DNA of 32,000 nt. Origin: Cereibacter sphaeroides 2.4.1 (lineage in GTDB: Bacteria > Pseudomonadota > Alphaproteobacteria > Rhodobacterales > Rhodobacteraceae). The notes beneath the pieces were generated by a model, which ran no database searches, had not been told where the DNA came from, and was given only the letters and a program-made list of their open reading frames with translations. Position numbers and translations under genes: made by a program. Position 1 is the first letter of the stretch. Every line of letters begins with the position of its first letter. Shown piece after piece: positions 16,468 through 25,103 of this stretch. Where the stretch lies: contig NC_007493.2 of assembly GCF_000012905.2 (NCBI RefSeq), positions 840,001 through 872,000 on the forward strand, written 5' to 3'.

Positions 16468-16663
16468 AGAGCCCTCGGTGCGGAAGGGACACGCGGAAGG
16501 GCCACTCAGCGGACATAAGCATCCGGCAGACGGGCGCAAGGGCAGGGCTTGCGACGCATTGCCCCCCGCCCGGTGCGGCGGCGGGCCAGGGCCGAGCGGC
16601 GCGCTGCTTTCGGTCTCCCCGCCACACTCCCCCGCGCCCAGAACCCTGCTGCATCCGACCCCG

Positions 16664-16843
16664 TCAGAACGCGCGGAGCGCGCCGCTCAGGAGGGCCGTC
16701 ACGGCCCCGGCCGCGAGCGAGATCAGAAGCGCATGCGCCCCGATCGCCAGTCGGGAGCGGAAGTCGGAAGCATCGGGAGGGTTGTGACGGCGGAACGAGG
16801 GGCTCTTGGATGCCGGTCCCTCGCGGTCGCTTTCTTCGTGCAA
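16664..16843 (-). CDS. Possible 59-aa tail-anchored small membrane protein (TTG start)
   Basis: TTG at 16843 with GGAG 8 nt upstream. Translation is (M)HEESDREGPASKSPSFRRHNPPDASDFRSRLAIGAHALLISLAAGAVTALLSGALRAF*. It has high GC3 and a C-terminal hydrophobic helix. No homology is recognised. Confidence 0.3.
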   Translation of the reverse strand: MHEESDREGPASKSPSFRRHNPPDASDFRSRLAIGAHALLISLAAGAVTALLSGALRAF

Positions 16844-17006
16844 ACGGGTGTCTCCACCGGACTCGATACGCGCCCATGGTGGGACGCAGCCCGTGGAAGG
16901 TTCAACGCGGCGAAGTGGCCCGCTTGCAGGCCGGTCGACGCCTTCGGCAGGTCGGCTTCGGCCGATGCCCCGCCGGATCCCACAGAAAGACCGCTTGTCA
17001 GGAAGA

Positions 17007-17090
17007 TGGTGGGCGACCCTGGAATCGAACCAGGCACGAGTCGCCTCGGCGGAGTTACAGTCCGCTGCCGCACCTTGCAGCACGTCGCCC
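17007..17090 (-). tRNA. tRNA-Tyr (anticodon GTA), class II with a long variable arm and encoded CCA
   Basis: The reverse complement folds by hand. Acceptor GGGCGAC/GTCGCCC, D-arm GCTG-CAAGGTG-CGGC, anticodon arm GCGGA-CTGTAAC-TCCGC, a variable arm of about 14 nt, T-arm CCTGG-TTCGATT-CCAGG, discriminator A, then CCA. Confidence 0.9.
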
Positions 17091-17209
17091 ACTGGCGGCG
17101 TGATTATCCGAGGGCTCGGGGGCGGTCAAGGGCCGATCTGCGCATTTCTTTCGCCTTGCGCCGCCCCCGGGGAGGGATCATTCTGCGGCCCGTTTTTCAG
17201 GAGTTCCAG

Positions 17210-17995
17210 ATGCCGAAACCCGTCAAGCCCGCCTGGGTGATCGAGAAGGAGCGGTCGCGCCGCGCCGCCGCCCAGGAGACCGTCTGGCTGTTCGGCATCC
17301 ATGCCGTGCGCGACGCCCTTGCCAATCCGCTGCGGCAGAAGCTGCGGCTGGTCCTGACCAAGAACGCCGCCGACCGTCTGGGCGAGGCCATCGCCGAGAG
17401 CGGGCTCGAGCCCGAGATCGTCGACCCGCGCAAGTTCTCGGTCCCCATCGACGAGGGATCGGTCCATCAGGGCGCGGCGCTCGAGGTAAAGCCGCTCGAC
17501 TGGGGCAGCCTCGAGGATCTGGCCGCTTCGGGCGCAGGACAGCCGCTTCTCGTGCTCCTCGACCGGGTGACGGATCCGCACAATGTGGGCGCGGTGCTGC
17601 GCTCGGCCGAGGTCTTCGGCGCGCGGGCGGTGATCGCACCGCACCGCCATTCGGCGCCCGAGACGGGGGCGCTGGCCAAGACCGCAAGCGGCGCGCTCGA
17701 GCGCCAGCCCTATCTGCGCGTGGGCAATCTCGGCGAGACGATGGAGAAGCTGAAGGCCATGGGCTACATTCTTGTGGGTCTCGAGGGCGAAGCCTCCATG
17801 ACGCTGGCCGAGGGCCTGGAGGGCACGGCCGGCCGGCCGGTGGCGCTGGTCCTCGGCGCCGAGGGGCCGGGCCTGCGCGAGAAGACGCGCGAGACCTGCG
17901 ACCGTCTGGTGCGAATCCCGGCCGCGGGGGGATTCGGCTCCCTCAATGTCTCGAACGCTGCGGCGGTGGCCCTTTACGCCGCCGCAAGCAGATAA
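17210..17995 (+). CDS. rlmB: 23S rRNA (guanosine-2'-O)-methyltransferase, SpoU/TrmH family (RlmB-like)
   Basis: 261 aa. SpoU motifs LLVLLDRVTDPHNVGAVLRSAEVFG, LVLGAEGPGLR and IPAAGGFGSLNVSNAAAVALY. CAGGAG lies 6 nt upstream of the ATG at 17210. The ORF-track start of 15572 is an artefactual extension. Confidence 0.85.
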   Translation: MPKPVKPAWVIEKERSRRAAAQETVWLFGIHAVRDALANPLRQKLRLVLTKNAADRLGEAIAESGLEPEIVDPRKFSVPIDEGSVHQGAALEVKPLDWGSLEDLAASGAGQPLLVLLDRVTDPHNVGAVLRSAEVFGARAVIAPHRHSAPETGALAKTASGALERQPYLRVGNLGETMEKLKAMGYILVGLEGEASMTLAEGLEGTAGRPVALVLGAEGPGLREKTRETCDRLVRIPAAGGFGSLNVSNAAAVALYAAASR

Positions 17996-18105
17996 ATGTT
18001 CACGGACGCGCGATCCGCTCTTTTCTTTGCCGTTGTGGCGCCCATGTTACAGGAGGAGCGGGGCCGGAACCCCCGTTCTACCTTCACTGTCCCTCGTTCC
18101 GCACT

Positions 18106-18139
18106 AGCGCCCGGCCCTTCGGTCAGGGCGCTTTTTTTT
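18106..18139 (+). terminator. Canonical Rho-independent terminator
   Basis: AGCGCCC (18106-18112), a 13-nt loop, GGGCGCT (18126-18132), running into eight consecutive T (18132-18139). Confidence 0.8.
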
Positions 18140-18183
18140 GACCCGCCCGAGTTTGACAGACACGGGGCGGGCAAGGAGGCTTC

Positions 18184-18630
18184 ATGACCGACGATGCCGC
18201 GCGGGACATGCCCCTGACCGACGAGGAGGTGCGGCGGATCCTCGCCTTCACCCGCACGATCGCGGTCGTGGGATGGTCGCCCAACCCCGACCGGCCGAGC
18301 CATCAGGTCGCGGCCTTCCTGAAGGCGCGCGGCTACAGGGTCATTCCCGTCAATCCGGGGCAGGCGGGGCAGGAGGCGCTGGGCGAGACGATCCGCCCCG
18401 ATCTCGCGGCGCTGGCGGGCGAAGGGGTTGACATGGTGGACATCTTCCGCCGCTCGGATCATGTGCCCGAGGTGGTCGAAGCCGCTCTCGCGCATCTGCC
18501 GGACCTGCGCACCGTCTGGATGCAGCTCGGAGTCCGAAATCCCGAGGCTGCGCAGGAGGCGCGCGCCCGCGGCATCGATGTGGTGGAAAACCGCTGTCCC
18601 GCCATCGAGATCCCGCGCCTCGGCCTCTGA
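18184..18630 (+). CDS. CoA-binding domain protein (YccU/YneT-like)
   Basis: 148 aa with IAVVGWSPNPDRPSHQVAAFLKARGYRVIPVNP. AAGGAGG lies 4 nt upstream of the ATG. Confidence 0.8.
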   Translation: MTDDAARDMPLTDEEVRRILAFTRTIAVVGWSPNPDRPSHQVAAFLKARGYRVIPVNPGQAGQEALGETIRPDLAALAGEGVDMVDIFRRSDHVPEVVEAALAHLPDLRTVWMQLGVRNPEAAQEARARGIDVVENRCPAIEIPRLGL

Positions 18631-18736
18631 CCGATCCGGAGCGAGCGGTCCCGGCGCGCGTCCCATGGTGCCCCCGCCCTTCCGGCGAAGGACCGCACCG
18701 TCAAACCGGGGGATCAGGCCGAGATCCCGCCCCCGG

Positions 18737-18761
18737 CTTTCATTCTGGCCCAAATATCCCC
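18737..18761 (-). repeat. Dispersed intergenic element, copy 3 (diverged, reverse orientation)
   Basis: The minus strand reads GGGGATATTTGGGCCAGAATGAAAG, against GGGATATTTGGGCAGAGTGAAAG in copies 1 and 2. It is flanked by GC hairpins in the convergent gap downstream of hisE. Confidence 0.6.
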
Positions 18762-18831
18762 GCCGGAGGCTCCCACCGGACGACCGGGCGCGAGGCCGGA
18801 GGTTCCGCCGCCCATGCAGAAGCCCGGCAGG

Positions 18832-19143
18832 TCAGCCCCGCCCGGCCTTCTCCGCGATGCCCGAGGTGCCCTCGCGCGCCTCGAGCACGGCCATCACCTC
18901 GGCCAGCGTCACGTCCCGGGCCGCGAGCATGACGAGGAGGTGATAGAGCACATCGGCCGCTTCCGAGGCGAGCTTCGCGCGGTCGCCGCGCACCGCCTCG
19001 ATGATGGCCTCGACGGCTTCCTCGCCGAACTTCTCGGCGCATTTCTCCGGGCCCTTGGCAAAGAGCTTCGCGGTCCAGGAACTGTCGGGATCGGCGCCCT
19101 TGCGCGCCTCGACGGTGGCGGCGAGCCGTTCGAGGACGGTCAT
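18832..19143 (-). CDS. hisE: Phosphoribosyl-ATP pyrophosphohydrolase
   Basis: 103 aa: [50 protein letters not shown]... The ATG overlaps the hisF stop (ATGA at 19140-19143). The longer ORF-track N-terminus is spurious. Confidence 0.9.
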   Translation of the reverse strand: MTVLERLAATVEARKGADPDSSWTAKLFAKGPEKCAEKFGEEAVEAIIEAVRGDRAKLASEAADVLYHLLVMLAARDVTLAEVMAVLEAREGTSGIAEKAGRG

Positions 19144-19901
19144 GCGAGCCTCACGGGGATGCCGGCGGCGGCCATGTGGGCCTTGGCCTCGCCGATGGTG
19201 AATTCGCCGAAATGGAAGATCGAGGCCGCGAGCACAGCGGACGCACCGCCTTCGGTCACGCCCTCGACGAGATGATCGAGCGTGCCCACTCCGCCGCTCG
19301 CGATGACCGGGATCGGCACGGCGTCCGAGATGGCGCGGGTGAGGGGGAGGTTGAAGCCCGCCCGTGTGCCGTCGCGGTCCATCGAGGTCAGCAGGATCTC
19401 GCCCGCGCCGCGGCTTGCCATTTCGCAGGCGAACGCCACCGCATCGATGCCCGTGGCGCGGCGCCCGCCGTGGGTGAAGATCTCCCACCGGCCCGGAGCC
19501 ACCGTCTTGGCGTCGATCGCCACCACGATGCACTGGCTGCCGAAGCGGTCGGCGGCCTCGGCCACCACGCCCGGATCGGCCACGGCGGCCGAGTTGAAGC
19601 TGACCTTGTCGGCTCCGGCCAGAAGGAGCGCCCGCACGTCCTGATGGGTCCGCACGCCGCCGCCCACGGTCAGCGGCATGAAGCACTGCTCGGCGGTGCG
19701 GGTCACGAGGTCATACATCGTGCCGCGGTTCTCATGCGTGGCGTGGATATCGAGGAAGCAGAGCTCGTCCGCCCCTGCGGCATCGTAGGCGCGGGCGGCC
19801 TCGACCGGATCGCCCGCGTCGCGCAGATCGACGAAATTGACACCCTTGACCACGCGGCCGTCGGCCACGTCGAGGCAGGGGATGATGCGGGTCTTGAGCA
19901 T
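19140..19901 (-). CDS. hisF: Imidazole glycerol phosphate synthase, cyclase subunit
   Basis: 253 aa: [32 protein letters not shown]...LTVGGGV...ASGGVG. Confidence 0.95.
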   Translation of the reverse strand: MLKTRIIPCLDVADGRVVKGVNFVDLRDAGDPVEAARAYDAAGADELCFLDIHATHENRGTMYDLVTRTAEQCFMPLTVGGGVRTHQDVRALLLAGADKVSFNSAAVADPGVVAEAADRFGSQCIVVAIDAKTVAPGRWEIFTHGGRRATGIDAVAFACEMASRGAGEILLTSMDRDGTRAGFNLPLTRAISDAVPIPVIASGGVGTLDHLVEGVTEGGASAVLAASIFHFGEFTIGEAKAHMAAAGIPVRLA

Positions 19902-19970
19902 GGCGGGATCTCCTGAACCCTGGGCGGCCGCGTCAGGGCCTGTCGTAGCGCCTCGGGGGAGCGGGGGGAA

Positions 19971-20031
19971 GGGGGCTCCGCCCCCTCGCCGCGCTGCGGC
20001 TCACCCCCGGGATATTTGGGCAGAGTGAAAG
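19971..20031 (+). repeat. Dispersed intergenic element, copy 2: GC hairpin plus the conserved 29-nt motif, in the hisA-hisF spacer
   Basis: Hairpin GGGGGC-tcc-GCCCCC (19971-19985), then 17 nt, then ACCCCCGGGATATTTGGGCAGAGTGAAAG (20003-20031), identical to 74-102. It is antisense to the his genes and ends 4 nt from the hisA stop. Confidence 0.8.
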
Positions 20032-20035
20032 CGGC

Positions 20036-20755
20036 TCAGGCGCGGAGCGCCTGCAGGGCCTGCGTCAGGTCGAGGGCGCCGTCGTAGAGCGCGCGGCCCG
20101 AGATGGCGCCGGCGATGCTGCCTGTGTCGCGGAGGGCCAGGAGGTCGGCCAGCGAGGAGACGCCGCCCGAGGCGATGACCGGGATCGAGACCGCGCGGGC
20201 GAGCGCGTCGGTGGCCTCGATGTTCGGCCCCGCCATAGCGCCGTCGCGGTCGATGTCGGTGTAGATGATCGCCGCCACGCCCGCATCCTCGAACGAGCGC
20301 GCGAGGTCGGTCGCCATCACGTCGGTCTCGGTGGCCCAGCCTTTCGTCGCGACCCGGCCCTTGCGGGCATCGATGCCCACCGCCACCCGGCCCGGGAAGG
20401 CGCGGGCCGCCTCGCGCACGAGGCCGGGGTTCTCGACCGCGACCGTGCCGAGGATCACGCGGGCGAGCCCCTTCTCGAGCCACAAAGCGATGGTGGCCAT
20501 GTCGCGGATGCCGCCGCCGAGCTGGGCCGGCACCGCGATCCGCGCGAGGATCGCCTCGACCGCGGCCGCATTGACGGGCCGGCCTGCGAAGGCGCCGTTC
20601 AGATCGACGAGATGCACCCATTCGCAGCCCGCCGCCTCGAAAGCCGCCGCCTGCGCCGCGGGATCGTCGCCGAAGACGGTCGCGGCCTCCATCTCGCCGC
20701 GCAAGAGGCGCACGCACTGGCCGTCCTTCAGGTCGATGGCGGGATAGAGGATCAT
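20036..20755 (-). CDS. hisA: ProFAR isomerase
   Basis: 239 aa from [17 protein letters not shown]... with GGGIR and ASGGVSS motifs. The start is placed at the conserved N-terminus (cat at 20753-20755), not at 21115. Confidence 0.9.
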   Translation of the reverse strand: MILYPAIDLKDGQCVRLLRGEMEAATVFGDDPAAQAAAFEAAGCEWVHLVDLNGAFAGRPVNAAAVEAILARIAVPAQLGGGIRDMATIALWLEKGLARVILGTVAVENPGLVREAARAFPGRVAVGIDARKGRVATKGWATETDVMATDLARSFEDAGVAAIIYTDIDRDGAMAGPNIEATDALARAVSIPVIASGGVSSLADLLALRDTGSIAGAISGRALYDGALDLTQALQALRA

Positions 20756-20894
20756 GGCGCTCTCCGGGATGTCACTCTCTCGGGCGGCTTCTGGCACGCC
20801 CCGTCCCCGATGCCAAGGACCCGACGTCATGCTTGCCCGCGGGCGGCTTCGGCCGCGATCCTCGGCCGCAGGGATCTTCGGGGAGGAGATGAGG

Positions 20895-21275
20895 ATGAGG
20901 CTCGGGATACTGGCGGCCTGTCTGGCGCTGGCGGCGGGGGCGGCGCTGGCCGATCCGGTCGAGGGGGTCTGGCAGACGGAGCCCGACGAGGGCGCCTTCG
21001 CGCATGTGACGATGGCGCCCTGCGGGCCGAAGATCTGCGGCACGATCGGCCGCACCTTCAGGGAAGGCGCCGAATATGTCTCGCCCAACCGCGGCAAGGC
21101 CATCGTCTGGGACATGGTGCCCGAGGGCCGCGGGCGCTACGGCGAGGGCAGGATCTGGCAGCCCTCGACGGGCAAGATCTACCGCTCGAAGATGGCGCTG
21201 GAGGGCGACCGGCTGAAGGTCTCGGGCTGCATCGGGCCCTTCTGCCGGGGCCAGACCTGGGTCCGGGTGAAGTGA
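20895..21275 (+). CDS. Secreted DUF2147-family protein
   Basis: Signal peptide [21 protein letters not shown], then VEGVWQTE...[28 protein letters not shown] lies 6 nt upstream of the ATG at 20895. Confidence 0.75.
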   Translation: MRLGILAACLALAAGAALADPVEGVWQTEPDEGAFAHVTMAPCGPKICGTIGRTFREGAEYVSPNRGKAIVWDMVPEGRGRYGEGRIWQPSTGKIYRSKMALEGDRLKVSGCIGPFCRGQTWVRVK

Positions 21276-21499
21276 GGCCGGGGCCGGGGCGTGCGGTTCC
21301 GGCCGTCCGGACAAAGGGAAACCGCGGGGTCTGGCGCCGCGGTGCGGAGTGCGGGAGGGACTTCTGCCTTTCGCCCATATCAGGGCGGGCGGACCTGCCG
21401 GGGTGGGGGCCGCGGGGCGCGGTGGCCGAGCCCTCGAGCGGTCGTCGCCGGACCGGGCCATCGGCGGACAGAGTCCGCCCGGCCGGACCTTCCCGCCGC

Positions 21500-22138
21500 T
21501 CAGGGCTTCCAGGTCAGGAAGTTGGCGATCAGCCGCAGGCCGGTCTTCTGGCTCTTCTCCGGGTGGAACTGCGTGCCCACCATCGTGTCGCGCCCCACGA
21601 TGGCCGTGATGTCCGCGCCATAGTCGGCATGGGCCAGCCGCTCGGCATCGTGGGCCACCTGGAAATGGTAGGAATGGACGAAATAGGCGTGATCGCCCGT
21701 CTCGATCCCCGTCAGCACCGGGTGGGGATGGTCGACCGTCAGGTCGTTCCACCCCATGTGCGGCACCTTCAGATGCGGGTCGGAGGGCGCGATCCGCACC
21801 ACCTCGCCCGCGATCCAGCCGAAGCCCGGCGTCTCCTCATGTTCGAGACCGCGCGTGGCCATCATCTGCATGCCGATGCAGATGCCGAGGAAGGGCCGTG
21901 CGCGCCGCGTCACCGCCTCCTCGATCGCCTCGGACAGGCCGCCGTAGCTGCCGAGCGCGCGGCGGCAGGCCGGGAAGGCGCCGTCGCCCGGCAGCACGAT
22001 CCGGTCGGCGCGCGCCACATCCTCGGGCCTGTCCGACACGAGGACCTGCCCGGCCCCGGTCTCGGTCGCCATGCGCTGGAACGCCTTTTCGGCCGAGTGG
22101 AGATTGCCGCTGTCGTAATCGACGAGGACCGTCAGCAT
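21500..22138 (-). CDS. hisH: Imidazole glycerol phosphate synthase, glutamine amidotransferase subunit
   Basis: 212 aa: [15 protein letters not shown]..., nucleophile elbow GICIGMQ, and C-terminal QFHPEKS. The ATG shares one nt with the hisB stop. Confidence 0.9.
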   Translation of the reverse strand: MLTVLVDYDSGNLHSAEKAFQRMATETGAGQVLVSDRPEDVARADRIVLPGDGAFPACRRALGSYGGLSEAIEEAVTRRARPFLGICIGMQMMATRGLEHEETPGFGWIAGEVVRIAPSDPHLKVPHMGWNDLTVDHPHPVLTGIETGDHAYFVHSYHFQVAHDAERLAHADYGADITAIVGRDTMVGTQFHPEKSQKTGLRLIANFLTWKP

Positions 22139-22725
22139 CACAGCATCCCCTTGGTCGAGGGAATGGCATCCGCCCGGCGCGGGTCGGGCTCGACCGCCTC
22201 GCGCAGGCTGCGCGCCACCGCCTTGAAAGCCGCTTCGGCGATATGGTGGCTGTTCACCCCGTGGATCAGGTCGACATGCAGTGTAATCCCGCCGTGGGTC
22301 GCGAGCGCCTGGAAGAACTCGCGCACGAGCTCGGTGTCGAAGCTGCCGATCTTCTCGGTCGGGAAGGGCAGGTTCCAGACGAGGAAGGGACGCCCCGAGA
22401 GGTCGAGCGCCGCGCGCACCAGCGCATCGTCCATCGCGAGGTGGAAGCTGCCGTAGCGGCGGATGCCGCGCTTGTCGCCCAACGCGCGCGTCAGGGCCTG
22501 CCCCAGCGCGATGCCGCAATCCTCGACCGTGTGGTGGTCGTCGATATGCAGGTCGCCCTCGCAGCGCAGCGTGATGTCGATCAGCGCGTGCCGGGCGAGC
22601 TGGTCCATCATGTGGTCGAAGAAGCCCACGCCGGTGCGGATGTCGTAGCGCCCCGTGCCGTCGAGATCGACCGTCACGGAGATGTCGGTCTCGGCGGTCT
22701 TGCGGCTGATCTCGGCCTTGCGCAT
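22138..22725 (-). CDS. hisB: Imidazoleglycerol-phosphate dehydratase
   Basis: 195 aa: [23 protein letters not shown]..., with DDHHTVED and SHHIAEA motifs. GAAGGAG lies 7 nt upstream of the ATG at 22725. Confidence 0.9.
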   Translation of the reverse strand: MRKAEISRKTAETDISVTVDLDGTGRYDIRTGVGFFDHMMDQLARHALIDITLRCEGDLHIDDHHTVEDCGIALGQALTRALGDKRGIRRYGSFHLAMDDALVRAALDLSGRPFLVWNLPFPTEKIGSFDTELVREFFQALATHGGITLHVDLIHGVNSHHIAEAAFKAVARSLREAVEPDPRRADAIPSTKGML

Positions 22726-22961
22726 GGGCGGCTCCTTCTCGGTCGGCCACCTTATAGGAAACTGCCGGGTCCGAGGGAAGGCCGCGGGAGAGGCCGAAAT
22801 CCATTGATTCAGGTCAAGGCAGTGGCGCGGGCGCAGGTGGAGCAATGGGCGCAGGCAGGCCACGAAACACTGGCCAGACTTCCGGCAAGGACGCACACTG
22901 AGCCGGGGAGAGGCGCGTTGGCGGCTCTCCGCCTCCGGATTGTGCGATGGGAGAACGATCC

Positions 22962-24971
22962 ATGAGCCATCAACCATCAGGCCCGCGCTGCGCCGCTCTG
23001 GTCGGCAGCTATACCTGCGGCAAGACGACCCTCTTCGAGGATCTGCTTTTTGCCGCGGGCGCCATCGACCGGCGCGGCGCGGTCAAGGACGGCAATACCG
23101 TGGGCGACGCGGCCCCCGAGGCGCGCGCCCGGACGATGAGCACCGAACTGTCGGTGGCGAACTTCGACTATCTCGGCGAACCGTGGGCGCTGATCGACTG
23201 CCCCGGCTCGGTCGAGCTGACCTACGAGGCGCAATGCGCCATGATGGTAGCCGACCTCGTCGTGGTGGTGGCCGAGCCGCTGCCCGAACGCGCGGTCACG
23301 CTCTCGCCGATCCTGCGCTTTCTCGACGACCGCAACATCCCCCACCTCATTTATGTCAACAAGATGGACCTTCCTGAGGCCACCGTGCGCGGCACCTTCG
23401 AGGCGCTGCAGGCGATCTCGGGCCGGCCGCTCGTGCTGCGCGAGATCCCGATCCGGGACGGCGCGGGCAAGGTCACGGGGATGGTCGATCTGGTTTCCGA
23501 GCGCGCCTGGCGCTGGAACCCGCACAAGCCCTCGGATCTCGTGGCCCTGCCCGACACGCTGGCGGATGCGAGCGGCGAGGCGCGGACGGGGATGCTCGAG
23601 GCGCTTGCCGATTTCGACGATGCGCTGATGGCCGAGCTTCTCGAGGATGCGGTGCCCTCGACCGACGAGATCTACGCCAATCTCACGCGCGATCTGCAGA
23701 AGGATCTGATCGTGCCGGTCTTCTTCGGCTCGGCCGAGAACGAGAACGGCATCCGGCGGCTCCTGAAGGCGCTGCGTCACGAGGCGCCCGGGGCCGAGGT
23801 CACGGCCGACCGGCTGGGCATCGCCACCGCGGGCACGATGGCGCAGGTCTTCAAGACGGTCTACGCGGGCCAGTCCGGCAAGATCTCGCTCGCCCGCATC
23901 TGGTCGGGCGAGGTGAAGGACGGGATCGGGCTCGGTCAGGATCGCGTGGGCGCGGTGCTGTCGCTGATGGGCCGCAAGACCGCACCGCGTGGCGTGGCGC
24001 GGGCGGGCGAGGTGGTGGCGCTCGGCCGGATGGCCGGGGCCGCGACCGGCGATCTTCTGACCGAGAGCGGCGTGGTCGAGGCCGACTGGCCCGCGCCGCC
24101 CGCGCCGCTTCATGCGCTGGCGATCCGGGCCGAGAAACAGTCCGACGATGTGAAGCTGCAGGCGGCCCTCGCGCGGCTGGCCGAGGAGGATCCCTCGCTC
24201 GCGGCGGCCCATCAGGCCGAGACGTCCGAGCTGGTGCTGAGCGGGCAGGGCGAGATGCAGCTTCAGATCGCGCTGGCGCGGATGAAGAACGAATACGGGC
24301 TGGCCGTGACCGCGGCCAAACCCGCCATCCCTTACCGCGAGACGATCACCAAGGCCGCCACGATCCATGCCCGGCACAAGAAGCAGTCCGGCGGGCACGG
24401 CGAATTCGCCGACGTCCATCTCGAGATCCGGCCGCAGCCGCGCGGGGCGGGCTTCGCCTTCGACGAGCGGATCACCGGCGGCGTGGTGCCCAAGTCCTAC
24501 ATCCCCGCGGTCGAGAAGGGGGTGCAGTCCTATCTCGGCAAGGGGCCGCTCGGGCACCGGGTCGTCGATGTGGCGGTGACGCTGACCGACGGCAGCTATC
24601 ACACGGTCGACAGTTCGGACATGGCCTTCCAGAAGGCCGCGCAGAAGGGGATGGCCGAGGCCATGCCGGGCTGCGGGCCGGTCCTGCTCGAGCCGGTGCT
24701 GACGGTGGCGATCTCCGTCCCGTCCGAGTTCACGCCCAAGGTGCAGCGGATCGTCACCGGGCGGCGCGGCCAGCTTCTCGGCTTCGATGCCAAGGACGGC
24801 TGGCCGGGATGGGACGAGGTGCAGGCGCTGATCCCGCAGGGCGAGATGGACGGGCTGATCGTCGAGATCCGCTCGCAGAGCCTCGGCGTCGGCACCTACA
24901 GCTGCCGGTTCGACCATCTGCAGGAACTGTCGGGCCGCGAGGCCGAGAAGATCCTGGCCGAACAGGCCTGA
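22962..24971 (+). CDS. Elongation factor G paralog with a degenerate GTPase centre
   Basis: 669 aa. P-loop [10 protein letters not shown]3 DCPGS (Ser at 23208-23210 where translational GTPases have the catalytic His), and G4 NKMD. EF-G domains II-V are recognisable. GGGAGAA lies upstream of the ATG at 22962. Confidence 0.8.
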   Translation: MSHQPSGPRCAALVGSYTCGKTTLFEDLLFAAGAIDRRGAVKDGNTVGDAAPEARARTMSTELSVANFDYLGEPWALIDCPGSVELTYEAQCAMMVADLVVVVAEPLPERAVTLSPILRFLDDRNIPHLIYVNKMDLPEATVRGTFEALQAISGRPLVLREIPIRDGAGKVTGMVDLVSERAWRWNPHKPSDLVALPDTLADASGEARTGMLEALADFDDALMAELLEDAVPSTDEIYANLTRDLQKDLIVPVFFGSAENENGIRRLLKALRHEAPGAEVTADRLGIATAGTMAQVFKTVYAGQSGKISLARIWSGEVKDGIGLGQDRVGAVLSLMGRKTAPRGVARAGEVVALGRMAGAATGDLLTESGVVEADWPAPPAPLHALAIRAEKQSDDVKLQAALARLAEEDPSLAAAHQAETSELVLSGQGEMQLQIALARMKNEYGLAVTAAKPAIPYRETITKAATIHARHKKQSGGHGEFADVHLEIRPQPRGAGFAFDERITGGVVPKSYIPAVEKGVQSYLGKGPLGHRVVDVAVTLTDGSYHTVDSSDMAFQKAAQKGMAEAMPGCGPVLLEPVLTVAISVPSEFTPKVQRIVTGRRGQLLGFDAKDGWPGWDEVQALIPQGEMDGLIVEIRSQSLGVGTYSCRFDHLQELSGREAEKILAEQA

Positions 24972-24977
24972 AGCGGG

Positions 24978-25007
24978 AGGGGCGGCGTCGGCATCCGGGC
25001 CGCCCCT
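24978..25007. terminator. 9-bp GC stem-loop in the convergent gap (possible bidirectional terminator)
   Basis: AGGGGCGGC (24978-24986), a 12-nt loop, then GCCGCCCCT (24999-25007). It starts 7 nt after the EF-G-like stop. The U-tract is weak. Confidence 0.45.
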
Positions 25008-25103
25008 TCCTCGGTGCCGGAGGCGGAGGTGCTGGCTTTACCGTCATCCGCGGGGGCGCTCCCGCTTGCCCCTCCGGTGGCAGAGGCGCGTCCGCCCCGC
25101 CCC

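Noticed and set aside
15572-17995. 807-aa ORF suggesting a very large protein ending in the RlmB domain
   Set aside because: The upstream 546 codons overlap emrB out of frame and run across the tRNA-Tyr gene. An SD-preceded ATG at 17210 gives a normal 261-aa SpoU methyltransferase. The N-terminal over-extensions at 2389-3690, 18832-19686, 20036-21115, 21500-22804, 22138-22977, 26355-27152, 27076-28014 and 29066-30148 were trimmed for the same reason.
18153-18158. Perfect TTGACA hexamer upstream of the CoA-binding protein gene
   Set aside because: No acceptable -10 lies 16-18 nt downstream, where the sequence is GAGGCT inside the RBS. The hexamer sits in the loop of a CCCGCCC/GGGCGGG hairpin. 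It is probably coincidental.
17996-18187. 63-aa ORF starting right after the rlmB stop
   Set aside because: It reads straight through the terminator stem and T8 tract, has many T-ending codons unlike the real genes here, and has no SD. I treat the region as non-coding RNA.
21367-21384. Possible fourth copy of the dispersed GGGATATTTGGGCAGAGTGAAAG element (reverse orientation)
   Set aside because: Only a loose match (CTTTCGCCCATATCAGGG) that needs gaps. It is noted in a finding but not called as a feature.
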